Source of the DNA: a virus
Reading direction: 5' to 3' (one strand)
UHGV virus genome: UHGV-2031204
Length of the DNA: 64,000 bases
A program made the translations under genes and the position numbers. Within the stretch, counting starts at the first letter, position 1. Each line of letters opens with the position of its first letter. Of the stretch, positions 10,699-20,007 are shown piece by piece. Below the pieces are notes generated by a model. The model was not told where the DNA came from, ran no database searches, and saw only the letters and a program-made list of their open reading frames with translations.

Positions 10699-11961
10699 GT
10701 GACTACTGCTTATCAAGTGCGGCCCGACAGCGCTTTTGGCTTCTCTCGAGAGTCCCGTACCTGGGGAGCCATCGATGTCACGCAACCCTTAAATACGTTG
10801 TGTTCAGACTACCACACCTTTGAGATCGGTTTAAGTGCACTTGGTAAAGACTATACGTTAGTCAGCCAATACCATCTTGCCGAACTACAAAACCGAACAG
10901 ACACTTTACAAGATTGGTTAAATGAAAAAGCCGGAAACGTCATCCCCACTCTAAAAGCCGGATTGCCGAAACTGGAATTCAGTTGGGCGCATTACCAATC
11001 AATTAATGCCGATGTACCTGTCGAAACGTACCTGTGTCCGCCGGGGTACCACCACAGTCAAGATTTCAGCTTAGACGATGCTGATGACGTTGTCGTCGTT
11101 TGTGAGGACAAGTGGAAGGACAAATACCGTAATAGTGTACTGTACAACATTAACGGTCAATGGGTACCGCATCAGACAGATACCGTAGGTGTCCGATTAC
11201 CCGGGGCCGGTAAAATCGTACGGAGAGCCTGTACGCCTGATATCGGCTGTATGGTTTTTGGTCAGTTAGGGAATGTTAAAACTTACCCCATTGCCAACCT
11301 TACCCTAAACAAGCTCGACACTACACGTGACTATTACTCCACGTTAATGATTTCGCTGCCCGAATCTATTACGGGAAAAACGGTGGGTTTCGTCATCGGT
11401 GGACTGTTACGTTGGTTGCCTCCGGGCGGTTATTTCTCCGACCGTGCGATCATGATTTCTTTGCCGAATTTTGATCTTGCTCGGACCGTTCTAGAAACCC
11501 GTCGCTATTACGACTGGGATGCCATCGGTGTGGGGGATTTATCAACGCCTACTAATGTCCAACGCATTCGCAACCCCGAAACATTAAAGGCGCTTTTACT
11601 CCACGAGTCTTCGTTTATCTTTACGGTAGATAACCCGTATTTAGAAGAAGAGGTTGTGGGTGTATCGCATAACGCAGTTTGGGGACGTTGTTATCTCAAG
11701 GACCCTAGCGATCCTGATTCTGAAAAACCATTAGGGTACTTAAATAATCGCTTCGGGAAGACGGTGGGCTATTGGCCTACATGGGAGGAGGGTGAGTGGG
11801 TATTTAACACCACCGAATTCGACAGTCAAAACTACGTCTTTCGTGAAGCCCGGTGGTATAATCAGAAGAAGATTAACGACGCGCAAGCAATCGTCGGTCC
11901 ATTCGGTCCCTGGGAAAAAGTGTATTTAGAAATGCATCGCTTTAGAGCACGAAAAAAATAA
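10699..11961 (+). CDS. hypothetical protein (420 aa)
   Basis: Track ORF, GTG start with AGAGGA RBS; divergent from fiber gene; followed by hairpin terminator. Confidence 0.55.
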   Translation: MTTAYQVRPDSAFGFSRESRTWGAIDVTQPLNTLCSDYHTFEIGLSALGKDYTLVSQYHLAELQNRTDTLQDWLNEKAGNVIPTLKAGLPKLEFSWAHYQSINADVPVETYLCPPGYHHSQDFSLDDADDVVVVCEDKWKDKYRNSVLYNINGQWVPHQTDTVGVRLPGAGKIVRRACTPDIGCMVFGQLGNVKTYPIANLTLNKLDTTRDYYSTLMISLPESITGKTVGFVIGGLLRWLPPGGYFSDRAIMISLPNFDLARTVLETRRYYDWDAIGVGDLSTPTNVQRIRNPETLKALLLHESSFIFTVDNPYLEEEVVGVSHNAVWGRCYLKDPSDPDSEKPLGYLNNRFGKTVGYWPTWEEGEWVFNTTEFDSQNYVFREARWYNQKKINDAQAIVGPFGPWEKVYLEMHRFRARKK

Positions 11962-11967
11962 AGTAAC

Positions 11968-12009
11968 CTCCTACCCTCTAAGAGGGTAGGAGTAGCACGT
12001 TTTTTTTTC
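11968..12009. terminator. bidirectional intrinsic terminator
   Basis: 10-bp stem CTCCTACCCT/AGGGTAGGAG (11968-11992) with T-runs on both sides, between convergent stops at 11961 and 12012. Confidence 0.6.
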
Positions 12010-12011
12010 GC

Positions 12012-12221
12012 TTAGTCTTTTTTGTAGACAATTGCGTTACCGTGCAGTTTGTTGTTGCCGGAAATACCGATAACTTTGAATGCGTCGCCGCCAATTTTTT
12101 CAGCTTCAGCAGCCAGCTTACCCGTTACATGATCAACGGTGTCGCCGAAAGCGCTAACGTTACCGATTTTCTTAAACTCTTCTGGAATATGCTCAGCAGA
12201 AGAGAACTCTTTAATAGACAT
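12012..12221 (-). CDS. small hypothetical protein (69 aa, Gly/Ala/Lys-rich)
   Basis: Track ORF 12012..12239; internal ATG at 12221 has GGAGAG RBS; terminator downstream, GC hairpin upstream. Confidence 0.5.
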   Translation of the reverse strand: MSIKEFSSAEHIPEEFKKIGNVSAFGDTVDHVTGKLAAEAEKIGGDAFKVIGISGNNKLHGNAIVYKKD

Positions 12222-12427
12222 AACAGCTCTCCATTTCAAAAGGAAGGTGGTCTAAGACCGACGTGTGTTACAACCGAAGCATAAGATAGCTCCTCCCCGT
12301 AGGGAGGAGTAGAGTGCGCGAAAAAAGTGGCCTGCTTAACTAAACGATGGGTTTAAGAAAAGTGTTGATAAAAAGCTTTACCAACGTCAGGTCACAATAT
12401 ATAAACACAACGTAAGAAAAAGGGGAA

Positions 12428-13393
12428 TTATTGCGGAGGTGATGTCGGACCATGTTTACCTTGGTGAATGTGAACGCTAAAGGTAATACCGGAAATAATG
12501 GCATCTTTAACCGTAAAGACACCCACGCCTTCACCCGTACCACCGTATTTGAAGTTCTTAGCGACTTCCAGATTACCGGTGAACATCGCTTCCTTCCCTT
12601 CTTGTTTAAAGTTCGGCGTTTTGAACGTTGTCGAACTGCCCGCTTCTGTTAACCAGGTTTGTGTTTTAAACGTAACGGAATTCGCTGCTTCCGTATTGCG
12701 GACTTCACATTTTTCATTAATCGTTTTCGTTTCCAGGTTAATAGAACGCTTTGAATAAATGAACGCATCTTCTTTGTTGATGTTCACTTTTGAAAGCATC
12801 GCATTCTCAAACCCGAGATCATCTTCAACCGAGTTAATGTAATACTTGTTTCCTTTATGGTCAACGCACTGCCACGTACCGTTTGCATTATCAAACTGAA
12901 ACAACCACGCCGCTTTCTCGCCATTCACCATACTCGTTCTTAGCGTGATATGTTTGTCAATCGTCGAAACGTTCAACACATACGCATTGGACAAGTCATC
13001 CGCCATTTGGTTTTCAGGGTCAGCCGACCACGCATAAACCGCATCTTCTAATCGCTTAACGTTAGCGAAGTTCAGATCAATCCAAAAATAAATATCGGTT
13101 TTCCCCAAACGTAACAAGATAACGTAGTCTTCTCGTTTAACGTCAGGGGAATTAATTCGGTTGGAGTTAAACTTCCACCACTTTGCTGTTATCGTGTTAC
13201 CCGTCTTAATGGTTAGGTTATCTGTTGCACCAGACGTTTCATGCGTCTTTTCAGTTGCTGAAGAAACAGATTGTACCACGGTAGGGTTAGCAAAGTTAGT
13301 TTCAATTGGTATCACTTTTACCCGATCTGTACCACGGGGTTTGTCTTCCGCGACGATACCAATTGAGAAAAAATCAACACTGGATTTCTCCAT
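12428..13393 (-). CDS. hypothetical protein (321 aa), possibly virion-associated
   Basis: Track ORF; beta-rich Thr/Asn/Lys composition; no motif recognised. Confidence 0.5.
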   Translation of the reverse strand: MEKSSVDFFSIGIVAEDKPRGTDRVKVIPIETNFANPTVVQSVSSATEKTHETSGATDNLTIKTGNTITAKWWKFNSNRINSPDVKREDYVILLRLGKTDIYFWIDLNFANVKRLEDAVYAWSADPENQMADDLSNAYVLNVSTIDKHITLRTSMVNGEKAAWLFQFDNANGTWQCVDHKGNKYYINSVEDDLGFENAMLSKVNINKEDAFIYSKRSINLETKTINEKCEVRNTEAANSVTFKTQTWLTEAGSSTTFKTPNFKQEGKEAMFTGNLEVAKNFKYGGTGEGVGVFTVKDAIISGITFSVHIHQGKHGPTSPPQ

Positions 13394-13421
13394 CGGGACG
13401 TTCCTTAGATCGGAATTGATT

Positions 13422-13447
13422 TCAGATATATTTTACTTAAGTGAATA
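13422..13447 (+). promoter_or_regulatory. candidate phage promoter motif (copy 1 of CAGATATAT[T/A]TTACTTAAGTGA)
   Basis: Near-identical to motif at 17706-17731; followed by a 9-bp-stem hairpin (13448-13473); sits in a 320-bp ORF-free region upstream of the first plus-block gene. Confidence 0.4.
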
Positions 13448-13580
13448 GGGACTGAAGTACCAGTTCAGTCCCTACGGACACGTTACCCTTTTAGTACCTT
13501 TCGTTAAAGGTTACTAAAAAATTACATTATGTCCCTTTATTCTGCTACTCGGGATACCGGTAGGGGATAGGGGGCATTAT

Positions 13581-13619
13581 GTATACGGATATAAATAGCG
13601 GAGGTATACGGAGTATACC
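13581..13619. promoter_or_regulatory. candidate operator: GTATACGGA direct repeat plus GGTATAC-GGA-GTATACC palindrome
   Basis: Direct repeats at 13581-13589 and 13605-13613; perfect 7-bp inverted repeat at 13603-13619; ~100 bp upstream of 13715. Confidence 0.3.
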
Positions 13620-13714
13620 GACATACTCTTCCCAGAGGAACGTAGTGACTTCCTTATACCTCTTTTACAATCCATAATAATAGCCTTCCCTTCATTGGGA
13701 TTAGCGAGTAAATC

Positions 13715-14449
13715 ATGAAAGAATTATTAGACGATATCTTTACCAATACCAGTTTAGAACTTTCTTCTACGGTGGTTAACGAACTAATAAAACAATCGCA
13801 ACCTGCTAAGTTAGGCGCTGCCAGGGTAGTTAACCCTAAAGATTATCTAGGCTGCGATATCATAGGTGGTACGATCGATGAGTACGCAATTGGTATTTAC
13901 CCCAACTGGGTCTTCTTTGTTCTTAATACCGAAACCGGTGTCATGTTAACCTACACGATGAGTAGTGATGCCGAACACGAAGTTGTAGCGGAACATATTC
14001 GCCACATCGCCAGCACGCCTATCTTTTCCGACGTTACGTTTATTGGGGGAAGCACTATGCTGACGTTATTCTCTTACTTCCCACTGTTTAGACATGGGGT
14101 AGGGTTAATCAAGCATGTAGAAAACCTTCCCGATAACGTAGAGTTATCACTGCTTGGCCCCGGCATCGATCTTTATCCATTAAAAGATAACGGTAAGTTA
14201 TACGGTTTACGTATCTATGTTTCTTGGTTAAAGGGATACCGCGTTATTGAACTGATTGCATCAGACTTAACAAAACAGATCCCAGAAGTAGAAACGATTT
14301 CTAAAGCCACCCACCTGGTTGAGATTAACCCAGACGATCCGTTTTTACAGTACCACAAAGAAATTGCCCTTCGTGGTATCGCGGCCGTAAAAGGGTGGGG
14401 CTGTGCTGAGATTACGAAGGGCTATCTGCTTCTAATTAAAACCGCGTAA
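13715..14449 (+). CDS. hypothetical protein, tandem paralog family member 1 (244 aa)
   Basis: Track ORF; N-terminus MKELLDDIF matches MKVHLDDIF of 16282 ORF; C-terminus KGWG..EI.KGYLLLI resembles GW..V..G.QLLF tail of neighbours. Confidence 0.6.
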   Translation: MKELLDDIFTNTSLELSSTVVNELIKQSQPAKLGAARVVNPKDYLGCDIIGGTIDEYAIGIYPNWVFFVLNTETGVMLTYTMSSDAEHEVVAEHIRHIASTPIFSDVTFIGGSTMLTLFSYFPLFRHGVGLIKHVENLPDNVELSLLGPGIDLYPLKDNGKLYGLRIYVSWLKGYRVIELIASDLTKQIPEVETISKATHLVEINPDDPFLQYHKEIALRGIAAVKGWGCAEITKGYLLLIKTA

Positions 14450-14478
14450 TTAAGAAAACCGAAAAAGGAGAATATACC

Positions 14479-15033
14479 ATGTTTCAAACTGAACTGAAAA
14501 ATGAAATTATCCAAACCCTTGAAAAGGGCGTAGGCGAACATTTCTTTGTCCGTCCTTATACCGTACTGACCAATACCATTATTCAGCCAGGTGCGATGAT
14601 AGTAGGGGTGAGTGTACAAGCTGTGGAGGAAACCCCACTGCGTCGCAACATCACACGTAAAACCCATATCCCGTTTAGAACAGGTTTTACAGATTACTTT
14701 CAGAGCTTACTGAAAGATAGCGTTTGGAAAACAGGTAGCTTCTTCCACGAAGGGAAGACTTCCACGCTGGTTTATAAAGAGAACACCAAGTATCTGGTCG
14801 ATTTTCTCTTAGCGCGTCAGTATGCTTTCTTTCCAACCCCTACTGACTGCACCACAGACAACCCAGGTAAGTTATTAAACCAAAGCGAAGCCGAGGCACT
14901 CTTTACAAGACTTCGGAATGAGCAGTGCGATGTTGACGACTGGGAAACATTGATCGCGGTCGCTAAAGCCCACGGTTGGTATACCGTACGTAAACTCGGT
15001 CAGCAGTTGTTGTTCTTAGCTTACCCTGCTTAA
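14479..15033 (+). CDS. hypothetical protein, tandem paralog family member 2 (184 aa)
   Basis: Track ORF with AAGGAG RBS; C-terminal block YAFFPTPTD...EAEALFTRL...HGWYTVRKLGQQLLFLA shared with 15063 and 16282 ORFs. Confidence 0.65.
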   Translation: MFQTELKNEIIQTLEKGVGEHFFVRPYTVLTNTIIQPGAMIVGVSVQAVEETPLRRNITRKTHIPFRTGFTDYFQSLLKDSVWKTGSFFHEGKTSTLVYKENTKYLVDFLLARQYAFFPTPTDCTTDNPGKLLNQSEAEALFTRLRNEQCDVDDWETLIAVAKAHGWYTVRKLGQQLLFLAYPA

Positions 15034-15062
15034 GTAACGAAAAAACCTAAAGGAGAGTAAAA

Positions 15063-16214
15063 ATGCGAAATATTATTTCTAAACCAGGACATGTCAAAAT
15101 CCTAAAAGAACTGATGGACAGATGCTATAATCGGACTTGGTCACTACCAAGCTTAACCATCGAGTCTTCATTACAACGTGAGTTGTTTGGTTATAACTTG
15201 GGCTGTTGTGTACTTACTGAATACAATGAGATTATCGCGCCTGTCGATGTCTGTACTTACGATGAAGAAATTGAAGGTTACAAGTTCGCGGTTTACACAA
15301 ATTGTGGACTAAATTACCGTAAACTCGTTGTTAGGGAAAAGAGTAGCAGCCGGAAGATTATGTTTAAGGTCTTCCCAAGTGGTAAAGTCAGTAATTTATG
15401 TTTTCAGCTTGAGAAAGTGCCCTTTCACGGTGCGGACATTTTAACTAAACCGGAGCTCGCGTTATTAAGCGGGTTAATTGGCTTTGAAGCAAAAACCATC
15501 AAAGTTGAGCAGGAACTTACACGAAACGATTTCGGGTCAACTTGGTACGAAAGTTTCTTCCGCTACGAAATGTTAAGTGATAAAGCTATCAAACTCACTT
15601 ACCGTTCTACCGACGACATCGTTTACCACATTTTAATTAGCGGCGAACCCCACCAGATTATTGAAGTCGAAGGAGAAAAATCCGTGCGTACCTTAAAAGA
15701 TGAATTAACTGATTTTGTTAACAAAATTGATAACGTGGGTATCAGTGAATTATTATTCCCGATTCAACATCCAGAGTTGCTTGACGAGAAATGTGAAAAC
15801 ATGATTATGGCGGTGCATTTACTTCCTGACCATCTTGCTATCTACCGTACACTTTCTAAGAACCAACTTAAAGTGTGGTGTCTGTTAAAAGGTCTTTTAA
15901 CAGAGGCGGGGTGGTCGTGTAGTGTAGATGTTAACTGTGAAGGAGTTGCGTTCTTCATCACAATAGGCAATCGTAGTTTTTCTGTCGATTTACCTACTCG
16001 CAGCTATTACGATTTCTTCCCGACCGCAGAAGGACGTACTGAAAAAGAACCCGCATTACTGCTCAGTGCTGAGGAGTCCAATGCGTTAATGGCGAAACTG
16101 AAGGCGAAAGACGAGAAGCTGGATGCTTTACATCTACCTATAATCGGGAAAGACTACGGTTGGGCTGACGTGCAAAAATACGGCAGTCAGCTGTTGTTTG
16201 TTGCTGACCTCTAA
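15063..16214 (+). CDS. hypothetical protein, tandem paralog family member 3 (383 aa)
   Basis: Track ORF with AAAGGAGAG RBS; C-terminal YDFFPTAEG...SNALMAKL...YGWADVQKYGSQLLFVA. Confidence 0.65.
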   Translation: MRNIISKPGHVKILKELMDRCYNRTWSLPSLTIESSLQRELFGYNLGCCVLTEYNEIIAPVDVCTYDEEIEGYKFAVYTNCGLNYRKLVVREKSSSRKIMFKVFPSGKVSNLCFQLEKVPFHGADILTKPELALLSGLIGFEAKTIKVEQELTRNDFGSTWYESFFRYEMLSDKAIKLTYRSTDDIVYHILISGEPHQIIEVEGEKSVRTLKDELTDFVNKIDNVGISELLFPIQHPELLDEKCENMIMAVHLLPDHLAIYRTLSKNQLKVWCLLKGLLTEAGWSCSVDVNCEGVAFFITIGNRSFSVDLPTRSYYDFFPTAEGRTEKEPALLLSAEESNALMAKLKAKDEKLDALHLPIIGKDYGWADVQKYGSQLLFVADL

Positions 16215-16240
16215 TAAGTGAAAATACACTTTCTCTAACT

Positions 16241-16267
16241 GCCGCGCTTTAGTCGCGGCTTTTGTTA
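16241..16267 (+). terminator. intrinsic terminator
   Basis: Stem GCCGCG/CGCGGC then TTTTGTT. Confidence 0.5.
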
Positions 16268-16281
16268 AGAAGGAAATAGAA

Positions 16282-17055
16282 ATGAAAGTCCATTTAGACG
16301 ACATCTTTAAAACCGAACCGTATATGATCGAAGGCCCGCTATCATCACTACTATTTGCCGATAGATTAGATCGTACGCTGCAATTACAATCGGTCGAAAC
16401 TGCACCCGTTGACGATGTAGAGCGTTACGAGCGCATCAACTATACGCGTGGTGAGTATCGTCGCTATAAGCCAAATTCACTAAGCATCAAGCTTTGGAAT
16501 GTGAGCACAGGTAAAGTATTAACTTATCGCGCTGTTGGTAGTTATTACATTCAACAAGCCAAAGAGTGGTTAGAAAAAGTTAAAGAACTGAACTTCGATC
16601 TACTGAGCAAAAAACTGCGCGATCATAACGCCAGTTTGCCGATACGTAATTATTTCTCCACGATTGAAAATAGTCGTTGTTTCGTTTCACGTGAAACCAC
16701 GATATTACCTGGGGATGATGTTCAGACAACACTAAAAGATGTGGTTGTGAAGAAAATCTTTCATGAATCTGAACACGTTGGATTTCGTATCTATTTAACG
16801 CATAAGAGACCATTTACCGTGATTCACGTTGTTACCGCACCCGAAGGCTCAGCGATTATTCGTGAACTTCCTGATGCTCGAGACCGTTGCCCTAATGAGC
16901 CGCTTTATTTAATGTCAGGAACAAAATCAACCGCGTTGATGTCCCGTTACAGCATGTTAGATGTTGTTGACGCTGCTATGAAACTAGGTTGGAAAGAAGT
17001 GCAGCAACATGGTAAACAATTGCTGTTTATTGCCGATGTAAAACTTAATCAATAG
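16282..17055 (+). CDS. hypothetical protein, tandem paralog family member 4 (257 aa)
   Basis: Track ORF; C-terminal STALMSRY...KLGWKEVQQHGKQLLFIA; N-terminal MKVHLDDIF. Confidence 0.65.
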   Translation: MKVHLDDIFKTEPYMIEGPLSSLLFADRLDRTLQLQSVETAPVDDVERYERINYTRGEYRRYKPNSLSIKLWNVSTGKVLTYRAVGSYYIQQAKEWLEKVKELNFDLLSKKLRDHNASLPIRNYFSTIENSRCFVSRETTILPGDDVQTTLKDVVVKKIFHESEHVGFRIYLTHKRPFTVIHVVTAPEGSAIIRELPDARDRCPNEPLYLMSGTKSTALMSRYSMLDVVDAAMKLGWKEVQQHGKQLLFIADVKLNQ

Positions 17056-17067
17056 TGAGGTGGTACC

Positions 17068-17646
17068 GTGTACCGATTAATAGAAATGCGAAAAGACGTT
17101 TGGTTGGAAAACCTCGTCGATGGGGAGCTTGAGGGAATAGAGCTTTCCTTACCAGAAAGAGCGGACACGGTATTGGTCTTTCTGATAAAACAGGCAGCGA
17201 AGGAACCGGTAGGAATCTTCAGCGTGGACTATAAAGACCCACGAGGGATTCATTTACGGAACATTTGCAGTGGTTTAGAAAGCTTACCGGCTAATCCGTT
17301 CTTAAACTACGCAAAACGTAAACTCCAGCCAGGGCAACATCTCTGGGTAGTTCTAGCGCCTGATACACGCATTATACGTGACGACCAGACTGCGTTTGTC
17401 CAAGCAACGAAAGTCAGTTTGTACAATCCTAATGCGGATCGTACCGATATGCCGTTTACAATCACCTTAGAAGACGATGGAACGCAAGAGGGTATTGAGG
17501 CAATTACGGAATTAGTAAACTCTTATCCGGTAGCATCTATTGAGTTAGAAAACCCAAACCGATTACCGTTGGGTGATTTACTCGAATGGATTGAGCTGAA
17601 TACCGAGTTCCTCATTAACTCCCGGCAGTACCGGTTCGATGTATAA
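17068..17646 (+). CDS. hypothetical protein (192 aa)
   Basis: Track ORF, GTG start with GAGGTGG RBS; followed by strong terminator. Confidence 0.55.
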   Translation: MYRLIEMRKDVWLENLVDGELEGIELSLPERADTVLVFLIKQAAKEPVGIFSVDYKDPRGIHLRNICSGLESLPANPFLNYAKRKLQPGQHLWVVLAPDTRIIRDDQTAFVQATKVSLYNPNADRTDMPFTITLEDDGTQEGIEAITELVNSYPVASIELENPNRLPLGDLLEWIELNTEFLINSRQYRFDV

Positions 17647-17650
17647 CATC

Positions 17651-17683
17651 GGTGGGGGTAAACCCCCACCTTTTATTTTTTTG
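17651..17683 (+). terminator. intrinsic terminator
   Basis: Stem GGTGGGGG/CCCCCACC followed by TTTTATTTTTTTG. Confidence 0.7.
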
Positions 17684-17705
17684 TTCGTTAATATTAAAAA
17701 TAATT

Positions 17706-17731
17706 TCAGATATATATTACTTAAGTGAGAG
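17706..17731 (+). promoter_or_regulatory. candidate phage promoter motif (copy 2; contains TATATTAC)
   Basis: CAGATATATATTACTTAAGTGAGAG matches 13422-13447; directly after a terminator and ~45 bp upstream of 17777; overlaps hairpin TTAAGTGAG...CTCACTTAA. Confidence 0.45.
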
Positions 17732-17776
17732 TACAAAAGCACTCACTTAACGAAAACCATTTTAGGAGAACTAAAG

Positions 17777-18148
17777 ATGAAAAACGAATTATTCAAAGAC
17801 CCGTTTGTTGTATTAATGATCGTTACTCGCGCTGCCACTAACCCAGAAAACCTGAAACGTTTACTTACTAACGAAGCATACCTTATCGAACAGCGTGACG
17901 CGCAGTTAGCCAAACCACACGCTGAAGGCCAGGCGAAAGACCTTATCTCTATTTTCCGTAACGAAGAATGGCGTAAAAACAACGAGCTGTCCGACAACCT
18001 GACGGTTGCAATTGCAAAACTCTTGACACTGTTCAATCTTGACAAAGACATTAACCAAAGCCTTTCTACAGAAGAGCGTCTGGAAATGATAAGAGGTATC
18101 GGAGATAGTTATACACAGATTAAAGCATTACCCAACACAGTTATTTAA
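17777..18148 (+). CDS. hypothetical protein (123 aa)
   Basis: Track ORF with AGGAGAA RBS. Confidence 0.55.
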   Translation: MKNELFKDPFVVLMIVTRAATNPENLKRLLTNEAYLIEQRDAQLAKPHAEGQAKDLISIFRNEEWRKNNELSDNLTVAIAKLLTLFNLDKDINQSLSTEERLEMIRGIGDSYTQIKALPNTVI

Positions 18149-18194
18149 TTTCATAATTTGTGGGAACTTCCCCATAACCCGAAGGAGCATTTCA

Positions 18195-18656
18195 ATGAAA
18201 ACCTTTATCACTTTCTTAATAACTATTTTAACTTTCGGCCTCAATACTGCACACGCCGCTATCAACAGCTGGGAACAAATACAAAACCCTGGCCAGGCAG
18301 TTTACGAAATTGAAGACACCGCCGGAAACGGACTGTCTATCAACTGTGACACTGAAACTGCGAATCGCAAATTTTACGGTCGCATGGTTTGGTATTACGG
18401 GGAACCCGTAGGTGCAACTAACGCTGAAGATAACACGATGGATATTGTCGTAAACGGCAAGACCTATAACATCCCTACCGTGGACGGTAGTGACAAAGCA
18501 GAACACGCTTGGGTTGCTTTCGTTAATGCTATCGGTAATGCCAAAACTTTCAGTGTGAGTATCAATGGTAACGATGCCGCTAACTTTACCGTAGAAGGCG
18601 AACGTCTGTCTGAAACTTTCTTCCAGAACTGTGGACACACCCGTCCTAACAAATAA
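18195..18656 (+). CDS. small secreted protein 1 (153 aa, predicted signal peptide)
   Basis: AAGGAG RBS; N-terminus MKTFITFLITILTFGLNTAHA is a classic Sec signal with AxA site; mature part has 2 Cys. Confidence 0.6.
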   Translation: MKTFITFLITILTFGLNTAHAAINSWEQIQNPGQAVYEIEDTAGNGLSINCDTETANRKFYGRMVWYYGEPVGATNAEDNTMDIVVNGKTYNIPTVDGSDKAEHAWVAFVNAIGNAKTFSVSINGNDAANFTVEGERLSETFFQNCGHTRPNK

Positions 18657-18684
18657 GTATTAATCTTTTTTAGAGTGCGTGAAA

Positions 18685-19071
18685 ATGAATATCAGAACTA
18701 TACTTTATACTATCATTATTTTCTGTGCGGTCGGAATTACTGGCACTTATGCTTTCGGTGATTCAGATGTCCGTTATTACGAACCGGCTCCTGACTCACC
18801 GATTATCAACCCGGATGAGACGCCTACGTTAATGCGCAGTTTCGGTAAACTGCAAGTTTATCGTTTAGTGCGTGGTGAAACCTGTACGGGTTTACTCATT
18901 GCTGACACCCGTGCACAAGTCTACCAACGTCTAACCGATATCGCCTGCGAACAACCAAAAGTAATGTCAGTTAGTATCCATCCGCTATCAGTTGGTAACT
19001 ATACCGCTGTGGACTTCTTTCACAACGCCGAATTAATCGGACGCGTTACCTTAAATCGTCCTGCCGAATAA
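18685..19071 (+). CDS. small secreted protein 2 (~128 aa, predicted signal peptide)
   Basis: Track ORF from GTG 18679; ATG at 18685; hydrophobic N-terminus IRTILYTIIIFCAVGITGTYA; Cys in mature part. Confidence 0.5.
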   Translation: MNIRTILYTIIIFCAVGITGTYAFGDSDVRYYEPAPDSPIINPDETPTLMRSFGKLQVYRLVRGETCTGLLIADTRAQVYQRLTDIACEQPKVMSVSIHPLSVGNYTAVDFFHNAELIGRVTLNRPAE

Positions 19072-19089
19072 TCTAAAGGAGTAGTTACA

Positions 19090-19575
19090 ATGAAACGTTT
19101 ACATACACTGATGTTCTTTCTGGTTTTCTTGTTTATCGGTGCCACGCCAACTGTAGATGCGGCCTCCGTAGACGAATTGCTTACCTGCGATGGAAACGCT
19201 TGGGAAGGTCAGCCAAATGCGTGCCCAAACATCAACGACTTGTACGATACCGATAAGTCGTTTAAAGCCGTTGTTGATAAAACACTAGACCCCGTAGGGC
19301 TGGATGGTATGTTCGGCTCTAAAGGTTACATGGATGGCCCTGGCGGTAACATGTATCCGGTAAACATCAACAACAAAATCTGGATTGAAAGCGGCGGTTG
19401 TAAAGCTAACGCTTGTGGTTGGGAATACATCGTAACGCTATACAACCCACACACTAAGAAACTCGTCGGCTATTACTACAACATCGACCCCGGTTACCTG
19501 ATTTGGTTCGGTGATATCGGTGTTGCCGAATTCGCTTACCTGGTTAAGAAATACGTAGAACAATCTAAATACTAA
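19090..19575 (+). CDS. small secreted protein 3 (161 aa, Cys-rich, predicted signal peptide)
   Basis: AAGGAG RBS; MKRLHTLMFFLVFLFIGATPTVDA signal; several Cys in mature part. Confidence 0.6.
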   Translation: MKRLHTLMFFLVFLFIGATPTVDAASVDELLTCDGNAWEGQPNACPNINDLYDTDKSFKAVVDKTLDPVGLDGMFGSKGYMDGPGGNMYPVNINNKIWIESGGCKANACGWEYIVTLYNPHTKKLVGYYYNIDPGYLIWFGDIGVAEFAYLVKKYVEQSKY

Positions 19576-19586
19576 GGACTTTTATC

Positions 19587-19997
19587 ATGAAAACTATCAT
19601 TAATACTCTTCTCATTGCAATGGCTGTTCTGTTCTCTGTCAACGCTACAGCAAAAACAATACAGTTGCCAGACAATATTAAGTACGTCAATAGCACCGAT
19701 GATTTCTATTGTACGGAAATTGACGGCTTGTACTGTCAGGCAAAGAGCCTGTTTAAATACAAAGGTAGCAGATACGTATTCATCGTTGAGCAAGGTGGTG
19801 CCTGGTGCTACGACAGCCCAATGTCCGTACTCAACCTCGAAACGTGGAAGGCTCAGCGTCTCGAATACAACGACAAACGTCTGTGCTCTGGTAATAACAA
19901 ACCATTCTTCGAAGTCGTAGATGGTGTGCCAATGGTAGGGATATTAGACACTTCGGAAAAACCTATCGTTGTAGCTATGGATAAACTTAAAATTTAA
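19587..19997 (+). CDS. small secreted protein 4 (136 aa, predicted signal peptide)
   Basis: MKTIINTLLIAMAVLFSVNATA signal; Cys pairs in mature part. Confidence 0.55.
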   Translation: MKTIINTLLIAMAVLFSVNATAKTIQLPDNIKYVNSTDDFYCTEIDGLYCQAKSLFKYKGSRYVFIVEQGGAWCYDSPMSVLNLETWKAQRLEYNDKRLCSGNNKPFFEVVDGVPMVGILDTSEKPIVVAMDKLKI

Positions 19998-20007
19998 GGA
20001 GTAACTC

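Noticed and set aside
12290-12309. GC-rich hairpin CTCCTCCC/GGGAGGAG as an intrinsic terminator
   Set aside because: No U-tract follows on either strand; kept only as a possible RNA structure or processing site.
13394-13714. tRNA genes in the larger ORF-free gaps (13394-13714, 40891-40988, 53339-53407)
   Set aside because: No cloverleaf-compatible sequence, no GTTCRA T-loop box and no conserved acceptor/D-arm pattern found by eye.
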